From: Kondoa subrosea | Lineage: Eukaryota | Assembly (NCBI GenBank): GCA_039545335.1 | Contig: BCIN01000011.1 | Span: forward strand, 1 to 64,000 | Direction: 5' to 3' | Length of the DNA: 64,000 nucleotides | Shown here: positions 26,692-40,770 of the stretch, in pieces | Layout: each line of letters starts with the position of its first letter | Numbering within the stretch: the first letter of the stretch is position 1 | The notes under the pieces: generated by a model | Database searches by the model: none | The model's input: only the letters and a program-made list of their open reading frames with translations | What the model was told of the DNA's origin: nothing | Made by a program: the position numbers and the translations under genes

Positions 26692-27470
26692 ACCTCATGG
26701 AAATGTCAAATTTCAATATAATGACTATTCTGCAAGATACCTCTCATCATGTAAACATGTCTCGACTTCTACTTTTTTTCTTACACTGGCTGGGCAATAC
26801 GCTTAATTCTCCGTTTCTCCTCGATACACCACATAAAGCATGGGAATCAAAATTCAAGGGTAAGGTAAGGTTATCAAAGGCGGGGTTTCCTCTTACATTT
26901 AGTACAAAATTAGACAGGGTAGGGGACCGGTATGTATATAGTTAGCGCAATGAATGTGCGAAAATTGCATGTTTCCCATTGTTTTAAGGTCAATTCCCTC
27001 CTCTTAGATCGATGTAACGTAAGTATACCTGACACCTCAGCCGTAGCGAGCTGTTCATCGTCATCGCACGCGTCGGCATTCGGAATAACATGGCGCTGAG
27101 CAGTCAAAGTTGTGAAGTCTCAAATCAATGCAAGAATTCATTGCTTTAAACTTTGGCTTCGGCCATTACCTAATCAGCACCAAACTCCCATGACACCTTG
27201 ACACTCTATAAAGTGTACGGTAGCACCCTGGACTGAGAAACTCACTGCTTAATGGCAGGAATCGCGAATGTTTGGTTAGGGGACATTCTCAGATTCTTTC
27301 ATGCAGCAATATTTCTTTCATGCATTTGAAGAGGCCGTGTCCGATGTGACTGCCTTCCATAAAAGGCGCTCTCTTCCTTCTCTTCCTCTTCTCTCCTTCT
27401 CACCATCTCAATTGTCTTGCTCTCATTTGTCTCTAACTTCTCTATACAGTCACTCATTTACTAGAGAAAG

Positions 27471-28955
27471 ATGTTGCCCATCTTTTTAATCACACTCCTT
27501 TCTTTCAGCTTCACTGCTCAAGCTTCCTTCACTTCCTTCGAGAGTCGTTATCACACCAACCAAGTCGACACTCGTATGTTGCGTATGCGACTTGCTGAAG
27601 GCTCATCCCGTGTCGTAAGTATTTTCCCCCTAGCAATAGATTGCCCCTGAACTGTCAAGGAGCAGAGAACAGCAAGATCAACAGCTGTATCTCCGGTTTC
27701 CTGTAAAGGTGCAGGTGCTTCATACGATACTAAGACGGGTTTGTGTGGTATGTTTCTGAATTTCTTGTTTCGTTTTCTGGCTTATTCTCTTTTAGTCTGC
27801 CCTGCTGGTTATGTTTCTGTCGGAACTGGCAGCACTTTGTCTTGTCAAATCTGCCTTACCACCAATGGCTTCATATTCGATCCCGTGAAAAACACTTGCG
27901 GTAAGCACAATTTGCAATGGCATGATTTCACTTGACCAATATATACTACTCAGGCTGTGTTGGTATTGTTTCTGGATCTGGAAGCACTGCCGTTTGGTAT
28001 GTTTTCTCTGTGTTGTAAGTGAAAGTTCGCTTACCAGTCATTTTAGCACCGCCTGTCCGGCTGGTCAAGTTCCTGATACACCGAATAACTCATGCAGTCA
28101 GTTTTCTCCGCAACTCCCTGCAATTCTGTGGCCCATGCTGACTCGTTGACGGCTGATCAGAATGCGATACTTCCAACCACTTCGAATCGATATCAAATAA
28201 CCCTCTATCTTGTGGTAAGTCTGATTTGCCTATCGAAATCCGACCCTCTCAATAATGGACTGCATAGATTGCATGGATGGTTTCAACAATCAAAGTGGCA
28301 TCTGCGTCAAGACCCTTTACCAAGATTGTCCAACTCTTTCGGGCTTCACCTTCTCTAGTGCCACTGCAGATGGTAGCACGCTCATATGCGTAAGTGCTGC
28401 CAAGTGATTTTAGCACCCCAATTGACCTCCCCTTTGTACAGAATTACAACAAACCAAGAAGTTCCTCAACCAAAGTGAGCGTGCTCAAAGGAACCCAATT
28501 TGAGGTCTCTCTGATTACGCCTCATTAGACGTGCAAGTACAGCCAATCAAGCGGTGCAACCTCCTCTAGCTGTCCTCCCGCTACGAAGGCATCCGCTCCA
28601 AGTGCGACAGGATACAAATGCTATAACACCTGCCCAAGCACAAATACCTACGACTTCTTCTTTACTGATGTATGTGATACTTCTGTCGATCTCGGTCATC
28701 TCTCATTTGTCATCTTGCTCAGAGTCTTGATTCTTCTTCTTTCACGACAACAGACGACACCATTCTCTCTTGTGTATACGATGCTCTGCTAACTAGCGAC
28801 TATACATGCCAATTCGACACAAGGAAGGGTACACTATCGGGAAACAACCCAGGCAAGTTTCTTCCTACTGCTTGTAAAAGCCTCTTGTTGAATTCCATAC
28901 TGTCTCAGACAAATGCGCAGACGCAATCGCTCGTAGCGCTACTTGCTTGGCTTGA
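27471..28955 (+). CDS. Secreted cysteine-rich protein (~24 Cys, 11 exons, final intron GC-AG)
   Basis: Signal peptide MLPIFLITLLSFSFTAQA; CPAG repeats; two C-terminal CP..LxCxY..TCxY/F..G..C modules; reading frame conserved across 10 introns. Confidence 0.8.
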
Positions 28956-29691
28956 TGATCAAAAATGGAAGTGATTTTGGCAGATGTATATATCGATTCT
29001 AGTTATTGCTTTCTTTGTACGAATTTGTTTTGAGTATTATTATTCAATGGACATTAGAAGGAGCTCGCCTCTATATGGCAGGAGCAATAAGTTTGCTTGG
29101 ACTGCTTCTCTCGCCTTCAGCAATATTTGTTTGAGACTGCACAGCTCTTGACAACTGTCATCTGCGCTTGCTTGACTGATATGAGCTCACGACTGTGCTG
29201 AGCGGACAGCGTAGCCTTGCCAGTCGAGTTTATCAATTCAAGTGTGACGAGAGTGCGACATCATCGAGGAAACAACGTAAGAGACAGGAAGAGAAGTAGA
29301 AAAGTCTCGTGAGCTTCATTATGCCATGTCTACCTTGCCCTGCTGCGATTTATCGATGTATGGTACGAACAGCTGTTGAGATCAACAGTTTTGGCATCGA
29401 AATAGCCCGAAGAAACAGAAGAAAACGTAGCGGACGTAGAGATAACGCGAGAGAGTGTCGAGAGTAGATGAGTGGATCAAGAGCTGAAGAAATCGAGAGA
29501 CTAGACAGAAAACACTTTCGATCATATATCATACTGCATACATCTTCACTGCATTTGCACGAAACGCCTAGGAGGCTCCAAGCCTTATCATTTGAGCTCT
29601 GTATCAGGTATATCCATTTCTAAATCATCGACATCCTCCGCGGTTTGCAACAACCTTTCGCTTGTTGCAAACGTCGAAGATCTAGCCCAAG

Positions 29692-30271
29692 ATGGTGCGT
29701 TCCAACGCAGCACTATCAGTATATACTGATCGAGTGTGGTTGGATTGCACAGTTGATGTTCTCAGCCTTTAAAACGCTCACGTCTGCTCATTTCTCTCAT
29801 TTGCATTGGGTTTCAGCTGAACAGCTTTCAATAGGGATCAGAAAGTCGTTGTAGAACTCAAAAATGATCTAGCGATAGAGGTTCGTTCTTGCTGCTCTAT
29901 GCATTTGTGCATGCGGTCAACATGGAATTGAACAGGGCATCCTCAAATCTGTCGACCAATTCCTCAATATCAAGCTGGATAAGATCACAGTACAAGATCC
30001 GGACAGACATCCACATCTCGTTCGTTTCCCTCAGATCTGTCAGCTCGGAATAATAGCTAAGAATCAGGGAATGCGAACAGGCAGCAGTAAAGAATTGTTT
30101 TATACGTGGTTCTGTTGTGCGATATGTTCAATTACCTAAAGAAGCGGTGGATGTTAGCTTATTAGAGGATGCAACAAGGCGAGGTGAGTGGTGAAGGCGT
30201 TACAATCAGTCGTTTGCTGATACCTCTCCCTTCATTAATTTACAGAGAATTCTGGAGAAAGCAAGCGGTAG
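29692..30271 (+). CDS. LSM2: U6 snRNA-associated Sm-like protein Lsm2 (ATG-only first exon; absent from ORF track)
   Basis: Spliced: MLMFSAFKTLTDQKVVVELKNDLAIEGILKSVDQFLNIKLDKITVQDPDRHPHLAAVKNCFIRGSVVRYVQLPKEAVDVSLLEDATRRENSGESKR*. Confidence 0.95.
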
Positions 30272-30518
30272 CGTTTCATTCATTAGAGATACATAATGTT
30301 CGACCGGACAAGGCAGCAACACAACGTTCCGTTCAGCGTTGAAACTTGGGATTGAATGGGATGATAGGTCACTCTAATTGTCTTTGGAGTAGCCAGCCCA
30401 GGCAGGAGAAGTTATGGGACCATTGTAAAGTATAACGCGTGATTGAGGAGTCCCGATAGATTGCCACGTCTCCTTCTGAATTCACGAATGTTGCTCTTGA
30501 CCCAAAGCAACGAACGAA

Positions 30519-31331
30519 ATGCAAGCACCAGATTCGTCCTACCGAGGGCATCCAGCTCATTCAGTAGCTTCTACTTCATCTACAACGCAGCTCTACTCTC
30601 CCACCTTCTCACAAGCGAGCGGTTCTCCAGCTTTGGACGAGATCTTGGAGGATGATATTGATTGGAACGCTGTGGACTCTGACTCAGATGCTGTGGAAGA
30701 AAGAGAAGCTGATGAGCTGTTTGGACAATCCCAGCATATGGTCAATCAGCGAGCTAATGGTGAACTCAAGTTATCGGCTGTAGGACATGATAAGGAGGAA
30801 GTGCTGAGATTGCCTCTGTTCAAGCCAAAGACTCATTCAAAGGGTGCGCTATTTATCCCTGATTCGATGTGTAAGCTGAAGGAACGATTGGATTCAGAGG
30901 AATTGACTGCTATCCCTGAAGTCTTCTTCCAGTATCTCGAACACCTGGATCAGACAGATTGGCAGTACCCTACACCAGCTACTTTCCAACCGTCTCACTA
31001 CGCTTCAACAAATCAACACGCTTTAGCTCCTTCAGCTACTTTCTCAGCCCAACAGCAACCTAAACGAAATTTAGATTTACCTAGTTTTGTTAAAAGGAAA
31101 GAAATGAACTGGTTAGATGCTGCTGATAATATTTTGGATGTGGATCCTTATTCTGGTAGCACTTATGCTGATGATCCTGTTGAAGAAGGATTGGAAGGAG
31201 GAGAAAGATGGGTTAGGGAAGCTCAAGCGGAATTGGAAATGAGTTTCAGTAAAGGATCATCTACTACTGGAGGAGGTATATTGGGTGGCCATTTGGAAAG
31301 AGGAGTTAGTAGATTGGGGATGATGGGCTAA
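30519..31331 (+). CDS. Hypothetical acidic protein (270 aa, single exon)
   Basis: Long uninterrupted ORF with plausible composition; the short motif YLEHLDQTDWQY weakly recalls small APC/C subunits (unverified). Confidence 0.7.
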   Translation: MQAPDSSYRGHPAHSVASTSSTTQLYSPTFSQASGSPALDEILEDDIDWNAVDSDSDAVEEREADELFGQSQHMVNQRANGELKLSAVGHDKEEVLRLPLFKPKTHSKGALFIPDSMCKLKERLDSEELTAIPEVFFQYLEHLDQTDWQYPTPATFQPSHYASTNQHALAPSATFSAQQQPKRNLDLPSFVKRKEMNWLDAADNILDVDPYSGSTYADDPVEEGLEGGERWVREAQAELEMSFSKGSSTTGGGILGGHLERGVSRLGMMG

Positions 31332-31684
31332 GTCGAGTCGAACGGCATGCGAACTAGGGAGAATGTGTGCTGGACTTGATGCTGCAGCTCCAGTGAGTCA
31401 GATGTGCTATGTCTGTTGTCGTATATACTAATGCTGCTTGAAAGCGTGGAGTTTGGATAGTGCTACGGTCATACATGGTTGTCGACAAGATGCTTCTCCC
31501 CGATCAGCAGAGCTTGAATTCTTCACCCGCTGCATCACTTTGGAATGCTCAGCTACCATCAGCTGTTAAACGTCTGTGGAAGCAACGAACCTATTTTTGG
31601 CGTTGCTCAAACATCAGAAGATTCTGCCTGCCCTCTTTCACCTCACTTTTTGGTCGTTCTCCTTCTTACCAGACAGCCATCTCA

Positions 31685-32585
31685 ATGGCATCAGTATCAG
31701 ACGAATTAGGCAAACGCGAATGCCAAAAATGTGGTCTCGGGGAAGGCAAATCCGGGCGAAGCCTTTCGATCTGTTCAGATTGTAAAAGTACGTAACATAT
31801 CTTGATCAACTTTGCGTTGCTGAAATGGAACCACAGTGGTCAGATACTGCGTACGTCTCTCTCTTTCATTTCGTGTGCCTTTGGGATGCTTACGCGATGT
31901 GAATTGGTAGTCAAGAAAATGTCAGAAAGCAGATTGGCAGCAGCACAAAAAAGGATGTCGTCGTGCGTATCAAGAAGTACACCAAGCCGTACGAACGATT
32001 TTGCAGTCGTGTAAGGTTGAAGATCTCACAATGCTCGAAACAAACGAACTCTTCCGTTCCTTCACCCAAATCTATCGTCACTACATCGAGCGAGCTACTT
32101 TTCAAGCACTTGGCCTCATCGATTACTCCTTCGACCGTTATGAAGAAGTAGAGCCCCGCATTCATGTTATTCAGCTCAAGTTATCGGAAGACTATAAGTC
32201 AAGAAAAGCTAAATCGGCATTTATTATCCATGATCAGTACATTTCCAACTTTGATTATTATATCAACACCGCATTCCCTAAAGAAAAAGCAAGGCTCTTA
32301 CGAATCCAGCAAGAGAAAATGACAAGCGTACCCAATGCGGCTTTGGTAGTCTTTACCGTTCTTATGTGTCAAGGTTGCTCTTTGTTCTATACTATTCCGC
32401 AAACTATCTGCAATACTTCTCAACAGCGAAAAGAAAGAGCTTTGATGGCTTTGCTCGGTGACGAGGTCATTGACCATCAAATGACAGTACTCGTAAAAGG
32501 CGAAAGGATAGATCCGACGGTGAATCATTTTGAGGTCTTGAGGGAACTAGTCGCAAAAGGAAAGGGACGGAGAGGCGACGAGTGA
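31685..32585 (+). CDS. MYND-type zinc finger protein
   Basis: CQKC...LSICSDCK..RYCSRKCQKADWQQHKKGC assembled across two introns. Confidence 0.85.
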
Positions 32586-32682
32586 GAAAGCTAGCGTTGT
32601 AATCTATATCAAGAGGGAAGCTTTACAGCGGATCGTATACATCATAGTGAGCAAGATTCTGGTAAAATGAGATACAAGGCCT

Positions 32683-33402
32683 TTATGCTCCAGGATGGTG
32701 TTCCAATTCCAAAGTAGGAGGTCTGTGCAACCTAGGTATAATTGGCCGCTTAGGCCAGAGAGCAGAATCCATTGCGGCCGATTCTATATCATCCTTAAAT
32801 TTGGGGTGAATCAGATCACTGATCATCTCAAAACAGTCCTCCTTGTCGGGATCACGATGATACTGGTGTTCTATCCTAATCAAGACCAACTTCTTGTGAT
32901 GAGCTTTAAGGCGTCCTTCTGCGTCCTCCCCGACCCAGTATGTCAATTGGATGCGGCCTTTTTTTTTTGTACAGGGGTGGTTGAGTAATATTCTTCTCGA
33001 CTGCAGCATTTGAGTGTGGATCAAGCGTGTGAACTACCAAGGTTACATCTACGTAAGACGATGATTCAGCTTACTGACAACGAGATACGAGCTAGACCTA
33101 CGGTAGTTTCCAACAGGCAGGTACTTGTCCAGCGGCTCAGGCATTGAGAAAATACCAACTTCATGATCCCATCGTAAAATCTTTGGTCCCTTTGTCATAT
33201 CCTTGAATTTGATAGAACTAGGTTGGCCCAGTCTCTGGAAAGGAACATGATGTAGTGCGTTCGGGGCTGTCGCTGGCTTGGATGTAGAGACGTGCGAGGC
33301 CTTCATCTTGGGGAGAAGAGGTGCACTGGAAGAAGTGGAGCCAGCCGTTCCAGGGCGTGAAGGAGTTGTATGAGAAGCAGCAGAAGAATGAAATGAAGCC
33401 AT
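32683..33402 (-). CDS. Hypothetical protein, two exons
   Basis: ORFs 33049-33432 and 32683-33024 are joinable by one intron; ATG 33402. Confidence 0.6.
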
Positions 33403-33912
33403 GCTGTGGCGTATGCTGAGATCAAATGACAAGCGATTCGTTGGGAAGACGAAAAGAGATAAGGAGAGCGAATCTCAGACGCCTCCAATGTTGAACAAAG
33501 GGAATTTACCGAGTCATACACCGTGTATATTTCTAACAGTGGATAGACGAGGCGCGAAACTAGTAGGTATCGGCAGCCGTAAGAGACAATCTCGAGGAGC
33601 TCAAGTCTGCAAAAAATGCATCAGGCTGGAGAAGATCGAACAGAGAATGTTTGAGAGATCGAGAGATGACCGCAAGCAGAGAAGAAGCGGTGAAAGGTAG
33701 CAGTACTAAGACCTGTAACTATCAAGCTGGACGAAGGTGAATGCTGGGAACAACCCAGCATTGCAAGGCGATGCAGAGGGCAGAAGAACTCTCGTCAGAT
33801 CTAAAATAATGACGAGTCTGAACTGACTTGTTCGCAGATGCTCAAACAAGAGAATGCATGCATCGTTTGCTTGAAAAAGTCGGTTTCTCAAAACCACCGC
33901 ATAGCACTCAAT

Positions 33913-34563
33913 ATGGCCACTATCGTACGCAGCGGGCTTGCGGTCAGGTTACTGAGCTGATCTCTGTACTCTTGCGACCGCTAGTCTCGTAAGAAAGCTC
34001 GCAAAAATCGAGGCAATACATCATTGATCCACTTCAACTAGAAACCGAAACTCACGCCAACGATGGTGACCAAAAGGCTCAAGAATCCAACATCCAGAAC
34101 ACCAGAGAAGAGTTGTATGTCTTGTCCAATACAAGGTCTAATTCGAGTCTTACACAGTTCATTAGCGTCGGGACCAAGGACTCTACTCATCACCTCAACC
34201 AGCCCAGAGATGAATACAGCTTAGGTAACAGAGCCAAGGCTGAGAAGAAAGCTGAAAAGGATGAGGCGGAAGCTGAAGAAGCTAAAAAAGCTGTCAAGCC
34301 TACCGATATCGCTCGTTCTCACGGTGTAAGCTACACATCTAGCTAATTGAGACAACTTGTGCTTATGATGCATCTAGAACGAACCATCAAGGGGAGCCAA
34401 GATCGATGAGTATGCTTTGTATTCGAGTAAACTTGATTTGTTTGCTAACTTTTCTGTACAGACAAATTGAGAAGGAAGAACGTGAAGAGCTTGAGAGAAA
34501 GGGTGAGTTGATATCTTGCAGGTATGTATGACGGAACTAATCCTCAATTCAGGCAAGGCATAA
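33913..34563 (+). CDS. Small conserved fungal hydrophilic protein (HGNEPSRGAKID family), 7 exons including a 4-nt micro-exon
   Basis: Spliced MATISQTETHANDGDQK...ARSHGNEPSRGAKIDEQIEKEEREELERKGKA*. Confidence 0.8.
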
Positions 34564-35131
34564 ATGTCTATAGCAATTTGAATTTACGCAAAACGTTATC
34601 CCTGCGCATGCATTGCTCTCGACAATTGATGCAAGCTGACATTCCTGGCAGCTGTCCAATTGCAGGAGTCTCTTTTTATCGCTTCAGTCTTAGTCTTATT
34701 GTCATACCGTCGATCTGTTTATTCCCGGCGACTGTCCCGTCGATTGGTTCGCTTGCGCTGTTATTCAAGTCTGACCTTGATGAATCTGTGCAATCGCTTG
34801 ATCGCTTTTGGCTGACATGATGATTCAGTCAATGCAGACGTATGAAAGTATCAAGTCGTGCGAATGTGCTAATCGGCCAGTTGAAGGAAGAGAGCTGTTC
34901 GAGATGAGATGTGTCAGAAGTGCAATTAAGGGCTGCATTGAGAATGACTGTTAACTCGAGTGAGGAAAGACGTCGCGTTAGCCAGGGAGACGGCAACACA
35001 AGCCTGCCACAACCGCGTTTCTTCGGATCAGGTAGACTGTGTAACGATAATAATACAATGCAGGCCGCTCGACGAAAATGCATAATACAAGGGAACTTCT
35101 GTTAGGAGAGATGGAAGTGCGACGAAATGAT

Positions 35132-37129
35132 TTACTTGGACTTGCTTCCGCTGGCTTTCTTAGCTGCTGGCTTCTTGCTTTTCTTGTCTTCCTTTTCGCC
35201 GTCCGTCTTCTTGCCTTTCCCCTTCTTGGCCTTTTTCTTTTCAGCTTTTTCAGCTTCTTCTTCGGCCTGTCATTCCAAGTCTCTATCAGCTCAATTGAGC
35301 GCATAGAGATGTAGGACTGACCAGTCTCTTGATTCGAGCAGGGTTGATAGCATCTCCGTCTGAGGAGGGTGCAGCTTTGAAGAATCCGTCCAATCGACCT
35401 TGTTGCTTAGCTCCCATAGCTATACGAAGCTTGTCTCCACCCTTGCGAACACGTTCTTCGCTGTGCGTTAGAGAGAGACAAATATCAGCCCAGCTGAAAG
35501 CATCCCTTTTCAAACGCACTTGAAGCCTTTCTCCGTCACTAAGAATTGCACAAGACCTTCCATGTCCGGTTGTTCCCATTTAAGCTGTACAGTAAATGAA
35601 ATTCAGATGAGAAGACAAGCTCAAGCTTGATAATATTCACGCACATCACATTTGTCGGCCGGGATCACATCTGGCTTCTTGAACAATTCCCTCGCTTGTT
35701 CAAAAGGCCAATCTTCCGGAGGTGGGTTAGCGACCACTCCATCCTTGTTCTTCTTAGTCTTCAGGAACTCAAGCACATCTCCAACATTGTCATGTTCTTT
35801 AATCATCTTCAAAGCGGTTTTCGGTCCCATTTTCTTCAACGGATCCAAATAATCGCAACCGCAAAGCAAACAGAAATCAATGAAATGATCCATATCCATT
35901 TCTAAACCTTTCAAAACATCGTCCAATTTGATAATGTCGATTGGCATTTTTCTTGCTTCAGAGAAAGTCAAATGTCGCAAAAGAATAGGTGAAGCGAAAG
36001 TTAAAGTGTCCATGTCTTCGGAGCCTGCTCCATAAACCAGACCACCTCTACAGAGCTCTGCGCATTGAGCTTCAGCTTCAGAAGGAGCCTGTCGACACGA
36101 AAGGAGGCACATCAGACTTCAATCTGACAACTCTCTCAGATCGCCGACCTCTACATAAGGAACACCCATAAGCTTTAGAAGACGTCGACATTCTTCATTG
36201 TGTTCTTTCGTAACTTTGACTGTTCTTCGAGATTGACGATCCATGTCTTCCACCGTACCTGTACAATTGAACCTGCGTATCAGACTCGATCTGAAAACGC
36301 AAGCAACACTCGCACCTGTCTCTTTAGCTTCTTCTCCATCCTCTTTCGCATCTTCTCGTTTCTCATAACGTTTAGCCAGCTGTGCCATGCAAACTTAATC
36401 CTCAGCCATCGAAGGAGCTGGAAAATTCACGTTTCACGCACGACACCTTTTTTGAGATCTGGTGGTTTGCCATCAAAGACGTAAACAGGTTTGATACCGT
36501 TCTCAGCCATTCGAATAGTACGGTAGAAGATACCCATTAGATGTCTGTTCATGGTGCCATCTTAGAAATGAGTCGAAACTCAAAGCCAAAGATAGAACAC
36601 GAACGAAGTAGTTTCGCCTGATTCGTTCTGAAGCTGTTGACCATCTCTGTAGAGCAAATGTAAAATTGATTAAACGAGTACACGGCAAATCAGCTTATTT
36701 GCCTACTGTTGTCGCACAGCAATCAAGAATTGGCTGTCATTCAAAAAGCGTGCAGATCAGTCAAAGCTGATCGGACCGCTCCCTCACTGACTAGATACTC
36801 ATAGCTAAGGAAAAAATTGAGCGACCGTAGCATACAAATACGTATAAACTCACATGCATCGATAGCGATTTTACGTCCAAACAGGGTCTGTACATGTTTC
36901 TCGCGTCCAGCTAAACAAGATAGATGGGAAGCAAATCAACGTACTTTGATCTCTGTTTGTTTAATTGCATTGGGAGCATACTCTTGACTGGAGTCGAGAC
37001 AGCCGGACGTAAGCGATAGAATGCTGCATCAACAGCAGACGTACATGATCTGAGTGAGTCCCTTGATACCTGTAAGAACCACACCAGATGAAGCTAGAAT
37101 GTAGCGAAAGCCAGCGAGTTCTTACCCAT
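35132..37129 (-). CDS. FEN1: Flap endonuclease 1
   Basis: [69 protein letters not shown] box QGRLDGFF. Confidence 0.97.
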
Positions 37130-37479
37130 GTCGAAATCTGGAAACGAGAAACAAGAGAACCGCGACGGACAGGCAAGCAAAGGTTTGAAACGCGCGTAGT
37201 CTACTCAAAGAACTGATCTGTGAGAATCTGAGTTGTGATTAGCACGCCTTTATGCCAGAGAGAGAGAGAGTCGCTGGAACAGGAAAACGTGAATGCCTTC
37301 TATTCTCAGCTCTACTCGACGACTCGGGATATAGACAGGCTATTGCAGCGCAGTCTCAGCTTACACCTGAGCTCACTGTACCCCCACCAGCCGCAAGCTT
37401 GTTGTTGTTCTCTGTCGCATTCGGTCGGAGCTGCTCGTGCGATCGACTTGCATAATAAGCTGCCCATTCCTTGTCTGTG

Positions 37480-40248
37480 ATGGCTCAAAATGCTCCTATT
37501 CGTCGAGGTGGTGTAAAGATCAAAGCACCTCGCACTTCTGTTCAATCATCAACCGAAAACTGGACCAAGCTCGCTAAAGCCATTGGAGAAATTCAGAACA
37601 AACGAGCAGGTCGTTTATCTTTCGAAGAACACTATAGATATGGTTATCAATTAGTCTTACATAAGCAAGGCAATGTCTTATATCAAGGGTTGACTAAATT
37701 GATTGAAGAACATTTGAAGGAAGAGACGAGCAATAAGATTGGACCTGCTTTCCCTTCAGATGCTGCTATTGAGAATGTAGCTACTCAAGCCGGAAGAGAT
37801 GCTAATTCCACTTCGGGCGAAGCTTCAGCTCAACAAGGAGAAACGTTTCTTACTGCTGTCAAACAAGTTTGGGACGATCACCTTGTGTGCATGTCCAAGC
37901 TGAAAGATGTACTCAAATATATGGTGCGCGATACATCCCAGTCATCTGTATAATGCTGATACCAGTCCATGTATGGTGTACAGGACAAAGTCTATGTCAC
38001 TTCAACCGTTCCACCGTTGCTATCCACCTATACTCTCGGTCTCTCACTCTTCCTTACAACAGTCATCCGTAACACTTCTCACACAGTACAGAAAACTCTT
38101 ATAGCAGTCTTACTTTCCCAAATCAGGCTCGACAGACAAAATCAAACCATCAATAAATCAGCTATCCGATCTTGCGTCTCCATGTTGACAGTACTGAAAG
38201 ATAAAGGAGGAGAAGAAGGACCATCAGTTTATTCCACCTTGTTCGAAAAAGCTTTTTTAGCAGATACTCAGTTATTCTATTCAAACGAAACTGAAGAATT
38301 ATTATTGAATGGAACAGCTGTTGAATATTTAATCAAAGTGGAAAGAAGATTGTTTGAAGAAGATGAAAGGTTACATCATTACCTGAATTTAACAACTCAA
38401 TATCCTTTGGTGGAATTGTTGGATCGAACTTTTTTATCCGATCATTTACCTCAAATCCTTTCACATTCTTCTGGTGGCTTAGCAAACTTGTTGGAAATGA
38501 ATCAAATACCTGAATTAAGTAGGATGTATCGTTTGTTTGCAAGAGTGTCGGAAGGTCATAAAGTACTGAAGAAAGCGGTGAAGGAATGGACAGTTCTTAC
38601 TGGATTAAAGATTGCCGACACGCTTGCGACGTCAGCTAAAACTGTAGTAGCGGAAGATGAGAAAGGCAAAGGAAAAGAAGGAGCTCCTCCACCGACTGTT
38701 CAAGGTTTGGGTGTTACGAGCGCTTTGATGTGGGTTCAAGGGGTTTTGGATCTGAAAGATAAGATGGACAAGATCGTCAAGGATGCTTGGGAGAATGATC
38801 TTATCTTCATGACCGTTGTCAATGAGGTGCGAGATGATGTCGTCAGTTATAGTAAAATGCTGATGTTTTGTCGATGTAGGCTTTCGAAAGCTTCATCAAC
38901 CAGAATCAGAAAGTAGCAGAATTCGTCTCTCTCTTCTTGGATGATCACCTCAAGAAGGGTCTCAAAGGCGTGAGTGAGATGAGCGTCTTTTTAGCGTAAA
39001 GCTGATTTGCCTCTCGTCATCACGTACAGAAATCAGATGACGAGATCAATACCGTTATCGACAAAGCTATTACCATCTTCCGCTTCATTTCCGACAAAGA
39101 CTTCTTCGAAACTTTCTATAGACGACATCTTGCTCTTCGTTTGCTTTCGAAACGATCTGTTTCGGACGATGCAGAACGAGCAGTCCTTACCAAGCTCAAA
39201 GTCGAATCTGGCGCTGGCTTCGTGCGAGACCTGCAAGGCATGCTTACGGATATCAAGCTCAGCGATGACACCATGCGAGATTACAAAGCACATATTCAGA
39301 AATCAGGAAAGGTTCGTTTGATGCACTCTTTGCTGACAATTAGTTAACGATTGTTTTGATTGAACGAACAGGAACTACCTCACGATTTGTCAGCGCAAAT
39401 ATGTACTTCTTCCTACTGGCCAATGACCGATTCTTCTCTATCTTCCTCCTCATCACAAACAGCTATCTTCCCTGAATCTTTCGCTAAATCGATAAAGTCT
39501 TTCGAATCTTTCTACCTCACGCGGCATACTGGTCGCAAACTCGCTTGGAGAGCGGATATGGGAACAGTGGATGTTCGGGTCCAATTCAAGGCTAGGAAGC
39601 ATGAGTTGAACTTGACGACGCATTGCATGATCGTCTTGTGCCTGTTCGAATCTTTAGCTGAAGATGAGACACTTTCTTTCTCCGTGAGTGCGAATGCTCT
39701 GCAGGTCCAATTTGTGACTAAGACCGCACTCTTCGCTCAAAGGAAATCGCTACCGGCACTGCTATACCTACTTCTGAATTGAAACGAGTCTTACAATCAC
39801 TAGCATGCGGCAAGCATCGAGTCCTGACCAAAGAACCTAAATCAAGAGATGTAGCGGAAACGGACAAATTCTATTTCAATGAAGCCTTCACTTCACCGTT
39901 GGCCAAGATCAAGATTCAGCAAATTGCTAATAGGGTGGAAACGACCGAAGAAGGCAAAGAAACTAGAATGAAAGTAGAAGAAGACCGAAAGTATCTCGCT
40001 CAGGTAGGTCCTCCTCATTATTGCTCAATAAACATGACTGATGAATTCATCAGGCGTGTATTGTTCGCGTCATGAAAGATAGAAGAACTATGCAGCACAG
40101 CGATCTGGTGCATGAAGTAACAAGACAGCTGGCGAATCGATTCCAGCCTAAACCTATCATGATCAAGCAACAGATCGAAATCATGCTTGAAAGAGAGTAT
40201 CTCGAACGAGACGAAAGCAACAGGAAGATGCTCAAGTATCTAGCATAA
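37480..40248 (+). CDS. CUL3: Cullin-3
   Basis: LSFEEHYRYGYQLVLHKQGNVLY; AEFVSLFLDDHLKKGLKG; LKRVLQSLACGKHRVL; neddylation motif ACIVRVMKDRR. Confidence 0.95.
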
Positions 40249-40770
40249 ATTCTCAACATCGCGCTAGCGCGCTCGTGGCATTCGAACAAGAGAACCCAAT
40301 CTTGCTCGTGCATCAGAGCATGACTACGAGGCTTCTCTTTCTTGCTTGGATTTTCATCAAGCGGGACAATCAGCTCCACTGTCTCCGATACGCAATCTTC
40401 TCTGTCACGTCACGAGATACATGCTATAGAAGTCATTTGTTCTGGCGGCTTGTAGGCACCGTAGTCACTTTTCAAGAGTCGAAAGGGAGCAATACGGATT
40501 TGTGGAGATCTCTCGATCTGTCTTTGAAGATATGCTAGTTTACAATACGTGGTCGAAACTACCGCTCTCCTGCACTGTCTATCGCTTGAGAAGTATGAAT
40601 TATCAGAGACAGTAGAGGACTTTCTATTTCTGCGAGACATCCAAAGCAACGAGTCAGGGCTGGCTTGAGCAATAGAACGTACCAAGACCCAGAAAATCGG
40701 TTACGAATATGATGACCATCTTTCTCCCAATTCAGCTCTATCACATTTCATACAGTATCTCCTGATGATT

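Noticed and set aside
30519..31331. Naming this ORF as an APC/C subunit
   Set aside because: Based only on a ~10-residue motif; needs a profile search
34978..35314. Highly basic and hydrophobic ORFs 34978-35304 (-) and 35078-35314 (+)
   Set aside because: Off-frame and antisense shadows of the Lys-rich last exon of FEN1
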